64,000 bases of DNA. Source: Octopus sinensis. Lineage: Eukaryota. The position numbers were made by a program, and so were the translations under genes. The stretch is from contig NC_043016.1 in assembly GCF_006345805.1 (NCBI RefSeq), positions 18,042,001 to 18,106,000 of the forward strand, written 5' to 3'. The notes under the pieces are model-generated. The model saw only the letters and a program-made list of their open reading frames with translations. It did not search any database and was not told the origin of the DNA. Below, piece by piece: positions 61,081 through 64,000 of the stretch; position 1 is the first letter of the stretch, and every line of letters starts with the position of its first letter.

Positions 61081-62328
61081 GAATGGTTAGGGGGAGGTGC
61101 AGCTTAACTAGAAAAGTCTTTTTTTACCTGACGAGAATATTTGTAACAGAATGGATTTCAGGTAAACATTTGATGACTGTAAACAAATCATCTGGATAGG
61201 TTGTTCAGCAAGAAATTGTGGAATTGTCTTTTTCAGACTTGAGGGATAACCATTATTATTACATACTCATTATTATTACAGCCATTATTATTACAAAGGA
61301 GGCAAGCTGGCAGAATTGTTAGCATGCCAGGCGAAATGCTTAGCAGTATTTCATGTGCTGCTACATTCTGAGTTCAAATTCTGTTGAGGTCGACTTTGCC
61401 TTTCATCCATTCGGGGTCGATAAATAAAGTACCAGTTGAGTACTGGGGTCGATCTAATCAACTCAGCCCTCCCCCAAATTTCATGCCGTGTGCCTATAGC
61501 AGAAAGGATTATTCTTGCTTACTCATTTGCGAGTGGGAAAGCTGACTGCGGGACATTTAAGACAGGGATAGGCATGAGTGTGTCACAGCAAGGCCACAGC
61601 TGAATTGCTTCAACCACTAAAACAAGTAGAAATATTTTTTTTAAATGACAGAAAATAGGGTATCAGAGAAGCGGAGGTGGAAATTCAGGTGCATTGGATA
61701 ATTTGGCTGTCAGTAATATTCAGATTATTATTTTAGAACTGTAGAGGCCATGGAAGGAACCACTTCCACAACCTACTCCCATTTTGTAAGAATAATGAAA
61801 AGCACAAAACAAAACGGAAAACAATGATTTAGAGCAAACATTCTTACTAACATTTTAAGCAATTTGATATCTTGCCAATATCAAATGTCTCAATGCTCTA
61901 ACATAAATCATATTAAAATCACTTCATCTCTACTTCTCTCTCTCTCTCTTGCTGGTAATTTTACCTCAGTCAGTTACAAAGTACTGTTCGCTTTGTTTTG
62001 TTTTTTGTAACAATATTTCCATAGTGTTTTTTTTTTCTCTCGGTCCTTTGTGCTGTTGAATGGGAGCAAGTTATTATACTCCGCTTTTGCACAACGCTTT
62101 TGTCATTCCTGTGCATCTATGCATGGCAGACAACGTCTAGGCTGCACTTGAATGATGTTTGTGCAAAGAAAATTTATTGAGAAGAAGAAAATGGTAAGGA
62201 TGGTATGACTTATGAAATTGTCAGTCATTTAGATATTACAGTGTTTTGTAGGTATCAAACCCAGGGTAGTCTTAACAGCATTATGGGATCCTGGACAAAT
62301 CAGTGAACTGGGCCCTAGAGTTTTTATT

Positions 62329-62950
62329 GACAGCATACTTAGGTCAAATTGAGTCCCTAGGTTTATGGGCAACTCACTGCACATGGTCCTTTCATATCTA
62401 TTTGTTGAGAGCAAGCCACAGCATATATAGATCAGAATTGGGTCCTTACACTCATGAGGTCCCTGGGCAAATTGCTGCACTGGGCCCTATAGTATCTATT
62501 TATTGACAGCAAGCCACAACTAACATAGATTAGAATTGGGCTTCTAGACCTGTGAGATCCCTAGGTAACACAATGCACAGGGCCCTAATAGTATTTATTT
62601 ATTGATAGCATGCCACAGCATACACGAATTAGAATTGGGCCCCCTACACTCATGAGGTCCCTATGCAAATCAATGCACTGTACCCATTAATATTTATTTA
62701 CTGACAGCAAATCACTGCATACATAGATCAGCATACCTAGGTCAAATTGGGTCCCTAGGTTTAGGAAGTCCCTGAGCAACCCACTGCACTGGGTCCTTTC
62801 ATATTTATTTGCTGACAGCAAGCCATAGCATATTAGACCAGAATTGGGCCCCTACCCTCATGATGTCCCTGGGCACTATAGTATCTATTTATTGACAGCA
62901 AGCCACAACTTACATAGATTAGAATTGAGCTTCTAGATCTGTGAGGTCCC
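62329..62950. repeat. Degenerate ~99-bp tandem repeat with ~390-400 bp higher-order duplication
   Basis: GA(C/G/T)AGCA anchors at 62329, 62407, 62505, 62604, 62703, 62814 and 62894. Confidence 0.8.
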
Positions 62951-63661
62951 AAAGTAACTGGTGTGCATACCCTTGTCAAAAGAAGAACATTCTGAGACCC
63001 CAACCAACGCACACCCTGTGACTACACATTGTACACACCCTATGACTACCACCAATACACACACTATACCACACGCTATGAGATTTGTCAGTTATGGATG
63101 GCAGGTTACAGATACAACACAATCTGGTCAATAATGGCACAGCAAGGGTAGACAACGAATTCTCAAATAATATGATGTAATGTAGGTATATTTGTTCTCG
63201 AAAAATAAAAAAGTTTAAAGAAAGGAAATGGGTGTAGTTGTATTTTGTGTGGTGAAACATCTATAAACTGTTTTGAAATCCAGTTTAGACTAATTTTTAT
63301 ATGGGAACACCTCACTAAGTCTTTTCACATATATATGTATATATTACTGTCCCGGTATTTGTCACTCAACTGTGAAGAAACAATAAGATTTTTTTTTTGT
63401 TTTATTCTGTATTTTTGTTTATTTAGTTTATTTATTATCATTATTTTTTTTTTATTTAGCAAAACAATAAATTCTAAATCAGAACAGTAGGAATACAACA
63501 ATTAAGGTCAATAGAATAAATAGAATATCTTGTATTTTATATTTAGTGGAATGCTGGTGAGTGGGTGGGTGGGAGCTACGATGAGTAATTATTGCTTACT
63601 TAATTGGTAGAAGCTAACTGGATTTCTAATTTTTTATTTTGATTTATATTCTGTTTTTGTT

Positions 63662-63812
63662 CCAGTTCTATATTTAAGAGATGAGGAATTATGTACATTA
63701 TTTACATTTGATGGATATTTGTCCTCATCTGACGAAGGCTGGAGTGTATATCAGCTGAAACGTTGTGTTAACAACAAACAAGATGAGGGAAAATACCCGT
63801 CAAATAGTAAAT
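63662..63812 (+). mobile_element. Penelope-like terminus with inverted arm (family P2); second copy at 28297-28396
   Basis: 63662-63730 is close to the reverse complement of 28329-28396 and pairs with 63781-63812; hammerhead core lies between the arms. Confidence 0.5.
63729..63772 (+). ncRNA. Minimal hammerhead core (5' stem I strand replaced by an inversion)
   Basis: CTGACGA-A-GGCTG-[10 nt]-CAGCT-GAAA-CG-TT-GTGTTAAC. Confidence 0.45.
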
Positions 63813-64000
63813 CTGTTTTTGTTGTTATTATTTATAAATCTCCAGGTCAACCCTGGTTGAGCAGGCCTATGATTGAAAGCATTCCAGGTGTCGCCAGCCT
63901 GCCGGTTCTTTTTGATTTGGTAAGGAGCACAGTATCTAGGATTACATTATGCAATGTTTCTTTTTCTTTTTATTTTTTATTTCGAAAGACAGTAAGATAT

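Noticed and set aside
62040-62200. Possible next 7B2 exon ending at a GTAAG donor (~62195)
   Set aside because: No frame gives GAGEG or the PPNPCP motif expected next; no such exon was found up to 64000.

Overview
AT-rich, microsatellite- and SINE-dense animal genomic DNA; the repeat landscape resembles Octopus (recognition, not a database result). Two protein-coding genes lie on the + strand. (1) The 3' part of an ETAA1-like gene: seven phase-consistent exons at 166-23971, 415 aa, ending in the RPA32C-binding-type motif CSKEEIERKKLEALKRR. (2) The 5' part of neuroendocrine protein 7B2 (SCG5): a CRE+TATA promoter near 42690, a non-coding first exon, a 12-kb intron and the first coding exon at 55082-55379. 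The rest is transposon debris: tRNA-derived SINE families, RTE-clade LINE pieces, three mariner relics, Helitrons, MITEs, Penelope-like termini and two complex satellites. The most notable unannotated signals are hammerhead-ribozyme folds from three different Penelope-like terminus families, SINE multimers with a recurring internal junction, a 37/153/306-bp hierarchical repeat, and inverted SINEs looping out a small ETAA1 exon. All calls were made by eye; repeat boundaries are approximate.
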